Of a DNA stretch of 64,000 nt, positions 50,487 to 61,040 are shown piece by piece. The stretch spans positions 256,001 through 320,000 of the forward strand of contig CAVTHK010000010.1 in assembly GCA_963734495.1 (NCBI GenBank). Direction: 5' to 3'. Under the pieces are notes generated by a model. The model searched no databases and was not told the origin of the DNA. It saw nothing but the letters and a program-made list of their open reading frames with translations. This stretch comes from an uncultured Spirochaetota bacterium. Lineage in GTDB: Bacteria; Spirochaetota; Spirochaetia; SZUA-6; CAVTHK01. Each line of letters begins with the position of its first letter. Position 1 is the first letter of the stretch. The translations under genes were made by a program, and so were the position numbers.

Positions 50487-52733
50487 CTATCCGCCGGCCC
50501 GCCGCGCGGCCTCGCCCGAGGCCGCCTGCTCGGAGTGCCCGGCGAACCAGATCGCCGCCCCGGCGACGAGGAAGCGGAACCGCGAGAGCTGCACGAGCGA
50601 CTCCCGGTTCAGCGCCGCCACCAGAAAGGCGGCCACGTCGACCTGACGGTCCGTGGTCGCCGCCGACTGCAGGGTCTGGAGCGCGCCGGCCGCGAACGCG
50701 GGCCCCCCCCGGATCACATTGGACAGCACCTGCCCGGCGGCGCCTTCGAGGGTCTCCGGAGGGAGCGTGGCGCGCATCTCCTGGACCCCGGCCGCCTCGT
50801 TCTTCAGGAAGACGCAGTACAGCGGGTAGAACCAGTCCGAGAGGCCGGCGATCTCCGCTACCGCCAGCACGATCTCGTCGCGCACAAACGGAGCGCTGTT
50901 CGCCTCGAGCTTGTCGAGCAGCGCCGGGATCACGAACGGGTCGTGAAAGAGAACCATGGCCCTGGCGGCGTGCAGGATCACGCGGGGGTTGTCGGTGTCG
51001 ATGAGGATCCGCCTGATCTGGGGAATGCTCCGCCGGTCGCTCACTTGCGCGAGCGCCACCATGGCCCTCCCGACGAGCATGAAATCCTCGCTGTTGAGGG
51101 CCGCCCTGAGGTCGGGGATGGCTTCGGCGATCTTCCAGTTGCCGAGGATCTCCGCCGCCGTGGGCCCCGTCGTGAAATGGTGCTCCCGGACCTCGGTGAT
51201 GAGCGCCTTGACGGCCGCCGGCACGATCGGCGCGCTGCGAAGCGCGTTCAGCGCCGCCGAGCGCACCGCGAAGCTCGGCGAGGACAGCCGTGCGAGCAGG
51301 TCATGCACGGAGACGACCGAGGGCGACTCGCCGAGCTCCTGGATGGTGGCCTGCTCCTCCGCGATGCTGCGGTAGCGGCCCAGGCGGCGCAGCAGCAGCA
51401 CGGCGCGGACGTCACGCGGCGAGAAGAGGATCGAGATGGTGTTCAGAATGGAGAAGGCGCCGATGTCCGGCAGCCCCCGGATCATCAGGATGACGACCAC
51501 CAGCAGGACGCCGAGGCCGGCAAAGTAACACTGGAACGCCGTCGCAGGCGCCAGGCCGACGAACGTCTGGAGCGAGTCCAGCAGCAGGCCGCCGCCGAAA
51601 GCGCCGGCGAACCCGGCGACTCCCGACGAGACATTGAACACGACGCCGAGGTTGAGCCTGTCTTCGGGCTTCACGGTGGCGAAGAAGTAGTCCTGCGCGC
51701 AGTTGCTCATCCCGACCGAGCCGAGCTGGTAGACAAAGAACACGGCGCCCGGCACCAGCCAGAACAGCAGGCCGCTCTCGTGCGCCGGCAGCACGGCGAC
51801 CGGCACGGCGGTCAGTGCGGTGATCACGCCGAACGTGAAGAACAACGGCTTGGCGCCGACGCGGTCCATGAACAGCCCGGCGACGACCGCCATGGCCATG
51901 ACCCCCAGCCCTCCGAGCACGTTGATGTACACGATGCTCGCGTCGGTGTGCTGGTACAGGCGCTTGAAGAAGACGATGAGAAAGGAGCCCGTCCCGGCCT
52001 GCGCGAGGCTCATGACGAAGAAGAGCGCGATCAGCCGGCGGAACCCGACCTGCGCGAGGCCGCGCCGCACCGCGGGCAGAAGCGGATCGGTGTAGCCGTT
52101 TTCAGCCACGCGCGGCTCGGGGAGCCGGAACATCGCGCGCGAGGCGATCAGGCCGATGACGATCCCGCACGCGATGAAGAGAACGTAGGTCGCGGGCTCG
52201 GGGTCGCGGCTGAGCATCACCCCCATGATCAGCCAGACGCCGAGCGTGAACGACTGGTTCAGCGACTGGATGCGGGACAGGAATGCGCCCCGGTCCTTGT
52301 CGCCCGCGACCTCGCCCAGGATCGGTTTCTCGCTCGCGATCGCGACGCCCTTGGAGGTGTGAAAACCGAAGACCGCGAGGCCGAGCAGCGCAAAGGACAG
52401 CGTCGGGTTCGAGCGCACCGCGGGCAGCACCGTGAGCAGCGCCGGGATCATCATGATGTAGCGCAGCGCCCAGAAGCTGCCCATGACCCGGATCGCGCCG
52501 AAACGGGCCACGAGCGGCCGCCCGGCCAGCAGGAATGCCAGGGACAGGTACATGAAGGACTGGAACAGCCCGAGGAGGGTGTTGCCGGCCCCCAGGCGGA
52601 TCGCGTAAAGCGTGATGATGTTGCCCGCGAGCAGGTTGAAGGAAATCCCATTGAGGACGCTGAAGGTGTAGTAGCGCCTCTGCGCCCTGGCGCGCTCGGA
52701 AGTCGTGAGCGGTTCGGTGGAGGGAGCCTTCAC
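50487..52733 (-). CDS. MFS transporter fused to a C-terminal HEAT-repeat domain
   Basis: About 12 TMs with a GLFMDRVGAK motif, then helical repeats (VRSAALNAL, AAEILG..AIPDLRAAL, AMVALAQV..SIPQI, AARAM..IPALLDKL). Confidence 0.82.
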   Translation of the reverse strand: MKAPSTEPLTTSERARAQRRYYTFSVLNGISFNLLAGNIITLYAIRLGAGNTLLGLFQSFMYLSLAFLLAGRPLVARFGAIRVMGSFWALRYIMMIPALLTVLPAVRSNPTLSFALLGLAVFGFHTSKGVAIASEKPILGEVAGDKDRGAFLSRIQSLNQSFTLGVWLIMGVMLSRDPEPATYVLFIACGIVIGLIASRAMFRLPEPRVAENGYTDPLLPAVRRGLAQVGFRRLIALFFVMSLAQAGTGSFLIVFFKRLYQHTDASIVYINVLGGLGVMAMAVVAGLFMDRVGAKPLFFTFGVITALTAVPVAVLPAHESGLLFWLVPGAVFFVYQLGSVGMSNCAQDYFFATVKPEDRLNLGVVFNVSSGVAGFAGAFGGGLLLDSLQTFVGLAPATAFQCYFAGLGVLLVVVILMIRGLPDIGAFSILNTISILFSPRDVRAVLLLRRLGRYRSIAEEQATIQELGESPSVVSVHDLLARLSSPSFAVRSAALNALRSAPIVPAAVKALITEVREHHFTTGPTAAEILGNWKIAEAIPDLRAALNSEDFMLVGRAMVALAQVSDRRSIPQIRRILIDTDNPRVILHAARAMVLFHDPFVIPALLDKLEANSAPFVRDEIVLAVAEIAGLSDWFYPLYCVFLKNEAAGVQEMRATLPPETLEGAAGQVLSNVIRGGPAFAAGALQTLQSAATTDRQVDVAAFLVAALNRESLVQLSRFRFLVAGAAIWFAGHSEQAASGEAARRAGG

Positions 52734-52822
52734 GATGAGTCCAGTATAGCCCGCGATCCCGGTCACCTTCAACGATCGGCGGCCGGCGGCGCGGCCCGGC
52801 GCGCCACGGCGCGCCCCGGCGA

Positions 52823-52851
52823 TTGACAGCGCCGCCGGCCGCTCCTATCGT
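52823..52851 (+). promoter_or_regulatory. Sigma70-type promoter of the GH42 gene
   Basis: TTGACA-N17-TATCGT. Confidence 0.55.
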
Positions 52852-52875
52852 GGTGCCCGAGGGGCAGCGGCGCAG

Positions 52876-54794
52876 ATGTACTACGGCGTGCAGTATTACC
52901 CGGAGCACTGGCCGGAGGCGCGTTGGGCGGTCGACGCGGACATGATGGCGCGGGCGGGCGTCAACACGGTCCGCATGGGCGAGTTCGCGTGGAGCGCGTA
53001 CGAGCCGGAGCAGGGTCGCCTGGAGCTCGGGTGGATGGATCGCGCCCTCGAGGTCCTCGCGAGGCGCGGCATCCGCGCAATCATGTGCACGTGCTCGCGC
53101 ACGCCGCCCCCCTGGGTCTTCCGCCGCTACCCCGGCGTGGGCACGGTCGGGCCCGACGGCCTCCCGGTCAACACGGGTCACCGCTATACCGTGGGCCTCG
53201 CTCACCCTGAGTTCGTCGAGCTCTCCGAAGGCATCGACCGGGCCGTGATCGGGCACTTCGCCGGACATCCCGCGATCGTCGGATGGCAGATCGACAACGA
53301 AGTGGGCTCGGGCAACGATTGTTACTGCCCGCGCTGCCACAGCCTCTTTCAGGAGCGACTCGCCGCCGAGCACGGCACGGTCGGGGCGCTCAACGAAGCC
53401 TGGGGCAGCCACTTCTGGTCGTTCACGTTCTCCTCGTTCGACGAGGTGCCGCTGCCGCGCTCCCAACCCCAGCTCGCCCTCGCCTACCGCCGCTTCCTCT
53501 CGGGCCTGAACGTGCTCTTCGCCCGACGCCGCGCCGAGATGATCCGCGAGCTCGACCCTGGCAAGTTCGTGACGACCAATTTCCAGTCGTTTGCCGCCCG
53601 CCACACCGATTACTTCCGGATGGCGCCGCTGCTGGACGTCAACGGGATGAACCACTATCCCCCGCGATCCCCGGAGCTCATCCTCGATTACTACCGCGGG
53701 ACGCGCGGAAAGGTGCTCTCGCTCGAGCAGTGCACGCGCCTCGCCCCCGTCGACATCGGCGAGGGCTGGATGCGGCTGTGGGCCTGGCGCGCGATCGCCC
53801 ACGGCGCCTGCGGGCATCAGCTTCTTCCGCTGGCGCTGCTGCCGGTGGGGCCAGGAGCAGCACGCCGACGGCATCCTCCCGCACAGCGGCCGCGAGAACC
53901 GCCGCTACCGGGAGCTCGCCCGCATGGGCGCCGAGATCGCGCGGGTCGGCGAGCTCGATCGACCGGACCGCGCCCGACAACGGCGCGGCGATCGTGGTGA
54001 GCTACGACTCGCGGTGGGCGCTGGAGGCGGGCCTGGGGAACAGGGACTTCGACCCCGCGGCCGAAGCCGTGCGCATCCACGAACGGCTGCTGGAGCGCAA
54101 CATCGGCGCGGACGCCACGGACCCGCGCGATCCCCTGGAGCGCTACGCGCTCGTCTTCGCCCCCCGGCTTTTTCTCGTGGACCCGGCCATCGCCGCGAAC
54201 CTCCTCCGATACGTCGAATCCGGCGGCCTCCTCTGCCTCACGGCGGCCAGCGGCGTGGTGGACGAGCACAACAAGAGCTTCGACGCCCCGCGCCCCGGGC
54301 CGCTCGCCGCGATGGCCGGGATCGAGGTGAGCGACCTCGCGCCGCTGCACAAGCCGCTGCCTCTGGAGAGCGCGGCGATCGCCGCCCTGGACGGCCGCGA
54401 GGCGACCCTGCTCGCCGACGAGATCCACCCGACGACGGCCGCCGTGCTGGCCCGCTTCGCCTCGGGATGGCGCACCGGGCTTCCGGCGATCACGCTCAAC
54501 GCGATCGGCAAGGGCCGCGTGGCTTACGTCGGCACGGGCCTGGAGGGGCCGGCCCTCGCCGCCCTCGTGGACCACCTGTGCGGCCTCGCCGGCCTGCGGC
54601 CGCTCGTCGACACGCCGCCCGGCGTCCGCGCGCACCAGCGTCGCGGCGGGGGAACGGGGCTGATGTTCCTGCTCAACTACACCGACGAGGAGCAGCACGT
54701 CGCGGTCGGGGCCGGCTGGCGGGACGCCATCGGAGGCGAGCCCGTGCCGAGAGCCAGGGTCGCGCCCGTCGACATGCGGCTGCTCCGCCAGTAG
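52876..54794 (+). CDS. GH42 beta-galactosidase, frameshifted near 53815 and 53955
   Basis: YYPEHWP, GEFAWS, WQIDNE and LNEAWG; FFRWR..GQEQH and the trimerisation domain lie in other frames. Confidence 0.9.
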
Positions 54795-54884
54795 CATGGC
54801 CGCCTGACTGTCGGCCGGCCGCCGTTCGCGCCGTTGCAGCATGTCCGGCCGCGGCAGAGCGCGGCCGGCGCAGGAGGACAAGCC

Positions 54885-56295
54885 ATGACGCTCAGCCGGG
54901 AATGGCTGGAAAAGGCCCGCGCCATCGTGGGCGACGACGGTCTGCTGCTGGAGCCGGCGGACACCGAGCCCTACGGCCACGACGAGTTCGCGACCGAGGA
55001 CTTCGCCGCGCGGCCGGCCGCCGTGGTCCGCCCGTCGACCGAAGAGCAGGTCGCGTCGCTGGTGAGGCTCTGCTCGCGAAACCGGCGTCCCCGTGACGGC
55101 GCGGGGCGGCGGCACGGGGCTCGCCGCCGGGTGCGTCCCTTCGCCCGGCGGCATCGTGCTCTCGCTCGAGCGCCTCGACCGGGTGCTCGAAGGCAGCGCG
55201 GACGACGCCACGCTCACGGTCGAGGCGGGGGTCGAGCTCGGGACGATCTACAAGGAGGCGGAAAAGCTCGGCCTCTCGTTCCCGCCCCATCCCGGCGACG
55301 AGAGCGCGCAGGTCGGCGGCGCGGTGGCGACCAATGCGGGCGGCTCGCGCGCGGTCAAGTACGGGACCATCCGCAACTTCGTCCGCGGCCTCCGGGTCGT
55401 GCTCGCCGACGGCGAGATCGTGGAGCTCGGCGGCGGCTTCATGAAGTCGAGCACCGGCTACAACCTGATGGCGCTCATGATCGGGTCCGAGGGCACCCTC
55501 GGCATCATCACCCGCGTCACGCTCTCGCTGCTCCCGCCGCCGGGCTCGATCCAGACGCTCGTGGCGCCGTTCGCCGCCGTCGAGCAGGCCATCGAAGCGG
55601 CGCCCGGCATCCTGCGCGCCGGCATCATCCCGTTTGCCGTGGAGTTCCTCGAGCACTCCGTGATCAGGACCGCCGAGCGCATGCTCGACCGCCCGTGGCC
55701 CGCGCGGAAAGGCACTGCGTCCCTGATGGTGATCCTCGAGGACGCCAGCGACACCGCGCTGCTCGAACAGGCCGAGCGGATCGCCGCGTTGCTCGAGGAA
55801 CGCGGCGCCCTCGACGTGCTGCTCGCGGAGCACAAGGAGCAGCAGGCCCAGATCCTCGAGATGCGCAGCCTCCTGTACGAGGCTCTCAGGCCGGGCACGG
55901 CCGAGCTCTTCGACATCTCGGTCCCCCGCGGGCAGATCGCGGGGCACGTGCGCTTCGTCCACGACCTCGAGGCGCGCCTCGCCGTGCAGCTGCCGACCTA
56001 CGGCCACGCGGCCGACGGCAACGTGCACACGCACACGCTGCGCCGGCGCCTCGAGGACGGCGTGTTCGGCGACGAGGTGCCGGACTGGCACGCGCGGAGC
56101 GAGACGGTGCGCCGCGAGCTCTACGCCGACGCGATCCGGCGCAGGGGCGTCATCTCCGGCGAGCACGGCATCGGCCTCGCGAAGCGGAGCTTTCTCGAGC
56201 AGAACGTGGGCCACCACGCGGTGGCGGCCATGCGGGCGATCAAGACGGCTCTCGATCCCAGGGGGATCCTCAACCCCGGGAAGGTACTGCCGTGA
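54885..56295 (+). CDS. GlcD-like FAD-binding oxidoreductase, frameshifted near 55085
   Basis: RGGGTGL, GSEGTLG, GHAADGNVH, SGEHGIG and DPRGILNPGK; AGGAGG RBS. Confidence 0.92.
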
Positions 56296-57470
56296 TCAGG
56301 CCTGCGCCGGCCCGAACCTGATCGACAGCCGCTGGTCGGCGTGCGCGGCCCCGGCGATCGGCTTCCCCTGCAGGAACCGCGGCAGGAACACCTTGCGCTT
56401 GTAGGGGCCTGCCTGGATCGTGAGCTCATCCCCGCGCTGGCTCAGCTTGAGCCGATCCTTCTCGAGGAACGGCACGGAGAGCACCATGAGGTACCCGTCT
56501 CCGTCCTTCGTGATGTTCTGCACGGAGCCGCGGTGCATCACCGCGGCGGGGTCCGCGTGCCCGAACGCGATCTCACCCATGCGGGCGAGCATGCGACGCC
56601 GAGCACTTCGGTCTCGAGCAGGGGGACGCGCAGGATCGGCAGCGGGTGGAAGCTCGCGCCGATCTCCGCCTCGTACTTGCGATGGATCTCGCGCCAGCCC
56701 GACCAGTAGCCCCCGCCCGCCTCGTCGGGCAGGAGCCGGTTCAGGATCACCGCGTCGGTGTTGAAGCCGAAGAGGTTCAGATAGGTCAAGGCGCGCCTCG
56801 CCTCCTCGATCACCATCCTCTCGGGGTTCAGCACGATCCGGATCGAGGTCGTGTCGCCGTCGGCGATGATCGCGTGCAGCGCCTCCACGTTGCGCGCGAG
56901 AGACTCGATGCCGTCCACGACGCCGTCGTCCGGCAGCTCCAGCCCGCGGGTGGCGACCTTGACCACGGGCCGCGCCACCTTGAGGGCCCGCCGCTGATAC
57001 GGCAGGATCCGCTCGAGCCACCAGCGGATCAGGTCGGGGTAGCCGAGCAGGCGCAGCGTCTCTCCCGTTGGCGCGCAGTCGACCACGACGACGTCGAAAT
57101 GCCCGCTGGTGGCGTGGCTGCGGATCTCCATCAGGCTGAAGAGCTCCTCCATTCCCGGAAAGATCACCATCTCCTCCGACGTGATCCCGTCGAGGTCGGC
57201 CCAGCTCAGCACACGCGACAGCCAGTCCCTCACCACGCCCCAGTGCTTTTCCGACTCGACCAGGCTGTCGACCTCGAGCCCCCACAGGCGCTCCGCGACC
57301 TGCGTCGGCGCGCTCGCCAGCGGCACGCACAGGGAGTCGGACAGACTGTGGGCCGCGTCCGTGCTCATCACCAGGGTGCGCCGCCCTTCGCGGGCGAGGC
57401 GGACGGCCGTCGCCGCCGCGATGCTGGTCTTTCCGACTCCGCCTTTTCCCGTATAGACGATGATCCTCAT
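56296..57470 (-). CDS. ArsA/GET3-family ATPase with a C-terminal HSP20-like domain, frameshifted near 56595
   Basis: GKGGVGKT, STDAAHSL, PGMEE, DCAPTGETLRLL and NPERMV; tail LSVPFLEKDRLKLSQRGDELTIQAGPYKRKVFLP. Confidence 0.88.
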
Positions 57471-57504
57471 GCTTCGACCCTCCCGTGCGCCCCGCCGGTC
57501 CCCG

Positions 57505-57993
57505 TCAGTCGATGGGGATGCTGCGGGCGCTCTTGCCTGTGCCTTCCGCCTCCGCCTCCTCGGCCTTGCGCCCGGCGGAGGCCGCTCGGACCGCCTTCAT
57601 CACCAGCTCAACCAGCCGCGCCAGGTCGTCGGGGTCGATCACGGACTTCACGCGCTCGAACACGCCCTCAACCGCCGAAGCGGCCCGGCGCGCCGTCGCC
57701 CGGCCTCTCGCCGTGAGCCGCAGCAGGCTCACGCGTCCGTCGGTCTCCGCCCGCCTCCGCGTCGCGTACCCCAGCCGCACGAGCCTGCGCGCCACGCTCG
57801 TGAGCGTGCTCATCGGCGCGCCGAGCTCCGCGGCGAGCGCCGACAGCGAGAGCTCGCCCCTCAGCGACAGCACGATGATGGCGAGCAGCTCGGAGCGCCT
57901 CGGCATGTTCTCCCACTCGACGATGCGCGAGAACAGCCCGAAAGGCCCCGCGACGCTCCGGAGGAACAGCTCAAAGAGCTCCTGCATCGTCAC
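57505..57993 (-). CDS. MarR-family regulator
   Basis: LSALAAELG..STLTSVARRL..GY..R..DGR..LTARG; GGAGGAGG RBS. Confidence 0.88.
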   Translation of the reverse strand: MTMQELFELFLRSVAGPFGLFSRIVEWENMPRRSELLAIIVLSLRGELSLSALAAELGAPMSTLTSVARRLVRLGYATRRRAETDGRVSLLRLTARGRATARRAASAVEGVFERVKSVIDPDDLARLVELVMKAVRAASAGRKAEEAEAEGTGKSARSIPID

Positions 57994-58134
57994 CTCCTCC
58001 TCCCGGGGCCCGCCCCGAGCCGCCGCCAGGCCGGCGCGGCACGGGCCCGCGCCGCCTCCGCGCGCGCGATTTCAATTACTACGTTTTCGTACTATCGGAA
58101 AGAGCGCGACGGGAGGGAATGAGCGCGAACCGGG

Positions 58135-59292
58135 CTACAAAGCATGGTCGGGGGGTGCGTCCGCCCCGCCCCAGATACGCCGGCTCGTCCACTCGGCGGC
58201 GGGGTCGCTCCAGAAACGCGCCGCCGGCGGGAGGCCCAGCGCGACCAGAGCCGTCGCGGCCAGGTACAGGCTGCCGCGCGAGATGTAGCTCTCCGCGAGC
58301 GAGGGCTGCGCGCCCGCCAGGCCCGGCGCAAGCCAGCCCGCGGCATCGAACGTGCCCGCGGGCGCGAGCGTCCGATCGAGGACGGCGGTGATGGCGCAGC
58401 GGACCTGGGCGGGCGCGACGCCCTCCGGAAGCAGGTCCAGCAGCGCGGCCTGGCTGAGCAGGTGGAACGCGCCCGCCCGGTAGACGATCGACCGCCCGAC
58501 GGGCGGAAAGCTGCCGTCGGGCGCCACCATCCGCTCGAGAATCGCCGCGCAGCGGCGGGCGCGCCGCCCGACCTGATCCCGCATCCCGGGCCAGAGCTCC
58601 TCGGCCTCGGGGACGGCACGCAGGACATCGAGCAGCATCGGGTGGATCACGAAGCTGTTGTAGTAGTCCCAGCGAAGATCCGGGCCGTCCGAGTAGGTGC
58701 CGTCGCCGACGTACCACTGGGCGAGCTGCCGCAGCGCGTAGTCCACGCGCATGCGGTCCCACTCCGCGCCGACTGAGGCGAAGAAGGCCTCGATCGTCGC
58801 CGAGAACAGGAGCCAGTTGTTGAAGTGCGGCCGGATGGCGCGGGTGGCACGCAGCGCGGCGAGCGCGCGGCCGCGCACGCGGCCGTCGAGGGCATGCCAC
58901 AGCGCCGCCGGCGCGCGCAGGAGCCCCTGCGCGAGGAACGCGGCGTCGACCAGTGGCTGCGCGCCCTGCCCGCCCGCGAAGCTGCAGAAGTCCGGCGACC
59001 CAGGATCGGTGGCCGCGTCGATCGCCTCGCGAGCGAGGTCGAGCATCTCGCCGCGCTGGCGGCCTTCATCCCCTTCATCCCCTTCGAGCCCCTCGAGCGC
59101 GAGCCACGGCGCAATGCCGGCAAGCAGGCGGCCCAGGGCCTCCAGCGGCGCGAACGCGGAGCGGTCTTCGCGGCCGGCAGGCATCCCGGGCATGCGCTCC
59201 TTGAGGCGGCGCTCGGCGAAGCCGCGCAGCACGGGCTCCCCAAGCCGCTGCGCCCACCCGACCCACGCCGCGCGGTCGGACTCGCCGCTCAC
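58135..59292 (-). CDS. DUF2264-domain protein
   Basis: LEALGRLLAGIAPWL, QPLVDAAFLA, NNWLLF, WYVGDGTYSDG, DYYNSFVIHP and YISRGSLY; GTG overlaps the upstream stop. Confidence 0.88.
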   Translation of the reverse strand: MSGESDRAAWVGWAQRLGEPVLRGFAERRLKERMPGMPAGREDRSAFAPLEALGRLLAGIAPWLALEGLEGDEGDEGRQRGEMLDLAREAIDAATDPGSPDFCSFAGGQGAQPLVDAAFLAQGLLRAPAALWHALDGRVRGRALAALRATRAIRPHFNNWLLFSATIEAFFASVGAEWDRMRVDYALRQLAQWYVGDGTYSDGPDLRWDYYNSFVIHPMLLDVLRAVPEAEELWPGMRDQVGRRARRCAAILERMVAPDGSFPPVGRSIVYRAGAFHLLSQAALLDLLPEGVAPAQVRCAITAVLDRTLAPAGTFDAAGWLAPGLAGAQPSLAESYISRGSLYLAATALVALGLPPAARFWSDPAAEWTSRRIWGGADAPPDHAL

Positions 59293-60434
59293 GCCCGCGC
59301 CTCCTCGCGCTCGATGATCTCCCACGCCCTCTTTACGTAGAAGCGGTACGCCGAGAGCGGCACGCCGTTCGGGATGCGGTGGTCGAGGGCGAGCACGCAG
59401 CCGCCGCTCGCGACCATCGGCGGGATCTTCCGCTCGAGGTCCGCCGCGATCGCGGCCTCGCCCCTCAGCAGGGCGAACTTGTCGAGCCCGCCCTCGAGCG
59501 CCAGGCGGCCGTAGCGCTCGCGGATGCGGACGACGTCCATTTGGGCGTTGGCCTCGCAGGGGTGGAAAAAGTTGATCCCCGCCTCGACCAGGCTCGGGAG
59601 GATCGCGTTGCAGTCGCCGTCGCTGTCGATCTGGAAGAGGCGCGCGCCGCGGCCGCGGGCCGCGTCCCACACGCGGCGGTAGTAAGGCCGCATGAGCTCG
59701 TCGACCTGCGACGGGCCCCAGAGCGGGCCGCTCTTGCCCGCCATGTCCTCGTGCACGAGCAGCATGTCGATGCCTTCGCCGCGGGCGGTCTCTTCGAGGA
59801 CCCGCGCCGCGGTCTCCCCGATCGTGTCGAGGATGTCGTGCGCGAGCTCCGGCTGCGTGTAGGCGACGACCGCCGCCTCCTCGTCGCCGAGGAGGACGCG
59901 CACCTCGTCGAACGCGCCCGGGACGCTCGCGGTCACGACGTACCCCGCCGCCTTGCGCCCGCGGATCTCGGCGGCCGCGCCCGCGGGCACCCTGCCGGGC
60001 GAGTATTGGTAGTGCGGCTTGACGCGCAGCCAGTCGTCCATGCCGCGCACGGGCCATTCCAGCGGCAGGGGCAGCGACGCGCTCTTCTTGATGAGACGGC
60101 TCCTGATGCCGCGCTCGTCGAAAAAGAGGATGTGCTCGCCGGTCTCCTCGATGAGCCGCGACTGGTCCGGGCCGACCCAGCCGGTCTTCGCGCCGCAGCC
60201 CCAGAGCAGGGCCTGGCGGTAGCGGAACGCCGAGAGGTCGAGCTCGGCCGCGGAGGCGCCCTGCGCGGCCCACTCCTCCTTGAGCCCGACCAGCGGCCCG
60301 AAGATCTCGCGGAAGAACACGCGGGGAGGCCCCTCGAAGGTGAGCGCGTCGAGGTACTCTTCGCGCCTCGCCGTCATCTCGCGTCGGATCGAGAGGCGCT
60401 CGTGGCCGGCGAGCACGTGCTGCATGATCCCCAC
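59289..60434 (-). CDS. Uroporphyrinogen decarboxylase (UroD/MtaA)-superfamily protein
   Basis: HEDMAGKSGPL, IDSDGD, GGLDK and DHRIP. Confidence 0.85.
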   Translation of the reverse strand: MGIMQHVLAGHERLSIRREMTARREEYLDALTFEGPPRVFFREIFGPLVGLKEEWAAQGASAAELDLSAFRYRQALLWGCGAKTGWVGPDQSRLIEETGEHILFFDERGIRSRLIKKSASLPLPLEWPVRGMDDWLRVKPHYQYSPGRVPAGAAAEIRGRKAAGYVVTASVPGAFDEVRVLLGDEEAAVVAYTQPELAHDILDTIGETAARVLEETARGEGIDMLLVHEDMAGKSGPLWGPSQVDELMRPYYRRVWDAARGRGARLFQIDSDGDCNAILPSLVEAGINFFHPCEANAQMDVVRIRERYGRLALEGGLDKFALLRGEAAIAADLERKIPPMVASGGCVLALDHRIPNGVPLSAYRFYVKRAWEIIEREEARA

Positions 60435-60447
60435 GGCCGCCCCCCCG

Positions 60448-60948
60448 CTACGTCTCGCGGTAGACGCCGAGGATCTCGCCGTAGTACACGCGGTGGAAGT
60501 CGCCGTTCGGGTAGCTCTTCGCCACGATCTCGCGGTCCAGGTCGGCGTTCACGACGTTGCCCTTGTGGATCACCCGGCACTCGTAATGCACGGGGCACTG
60601 CGTGATGTAGGGCACCTTCACCTCCCGGCTCGGGGCCAGGGTAAGCCGGTGCGTCCGGATCTTGTCGACGTCGCGGCCCGACTCGGAGCCGATGAACGCC
60701 ACCTCCCGCTTGAGCGAGTCGGGAGGCACGTTGACCGTGAACTCGCCCAGCGCCTCGATGAGCCCGAAGGTGTAGCGCGACGGCCGTACGAGCACGGCGA
60801 AGACGGGCCTGCCCCACACGATCCCCACCGTGCCCCACCCGATCGTCATCGGGTTGCCCTTCTCGCCGCCGACGAGCAGGCAGCCGCCCTGGCCCAGCTT
60901 CGCGACCGTTTCCGCGAAGGCGTCGAACGATCCGATCTTCTCGCGCAC
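60448..60948 (-). CDS. Flavin reductase/flavoredoxin-family protein
   Basis: NPMTIGWG, VRPSRYT, SGRDVDK, ECR and HRVYYGEI; AAGGAGG RBS before the GTG. Confidence 0.9.
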   Translation of the reverse strand: MREKIGSFDAFAETVAKLGQGGCLLVGGEKGNPMTIGWGTVGIVWGRPVFAVLVRPSRYTFGLIEALGEFTVNVPPDSLKREVAFIGSESGRDVDKIRTHRLTLAPSREVKVPYITQCPVHYECRVIHKGNVVNADLDREIVAKSYPNGDFHRVYYGEILGVYRET

Positions 60949-61040
60949 GGGATCCTCCTTTTCGGCGACAGAATGCACGCCCTCCGGCCCCGGTGTCAAA
61001 GCGAGTCAAAGCGAAGCCCCACGCGTGTTATGCTCCCGCC

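Noticed and set aside
56296..57470. Arsenic resistance ATPase arsA
   Set aside because: Single domain with an HSP20-like tail and no ars operon genes, so no gene symbol was assigned.
59289..60434. hemE
   Set aside because: Lacks the N-terminal RQAGR motif of true uroporphyrinogen decarboxylase and has no tetrapyrrole gene context.
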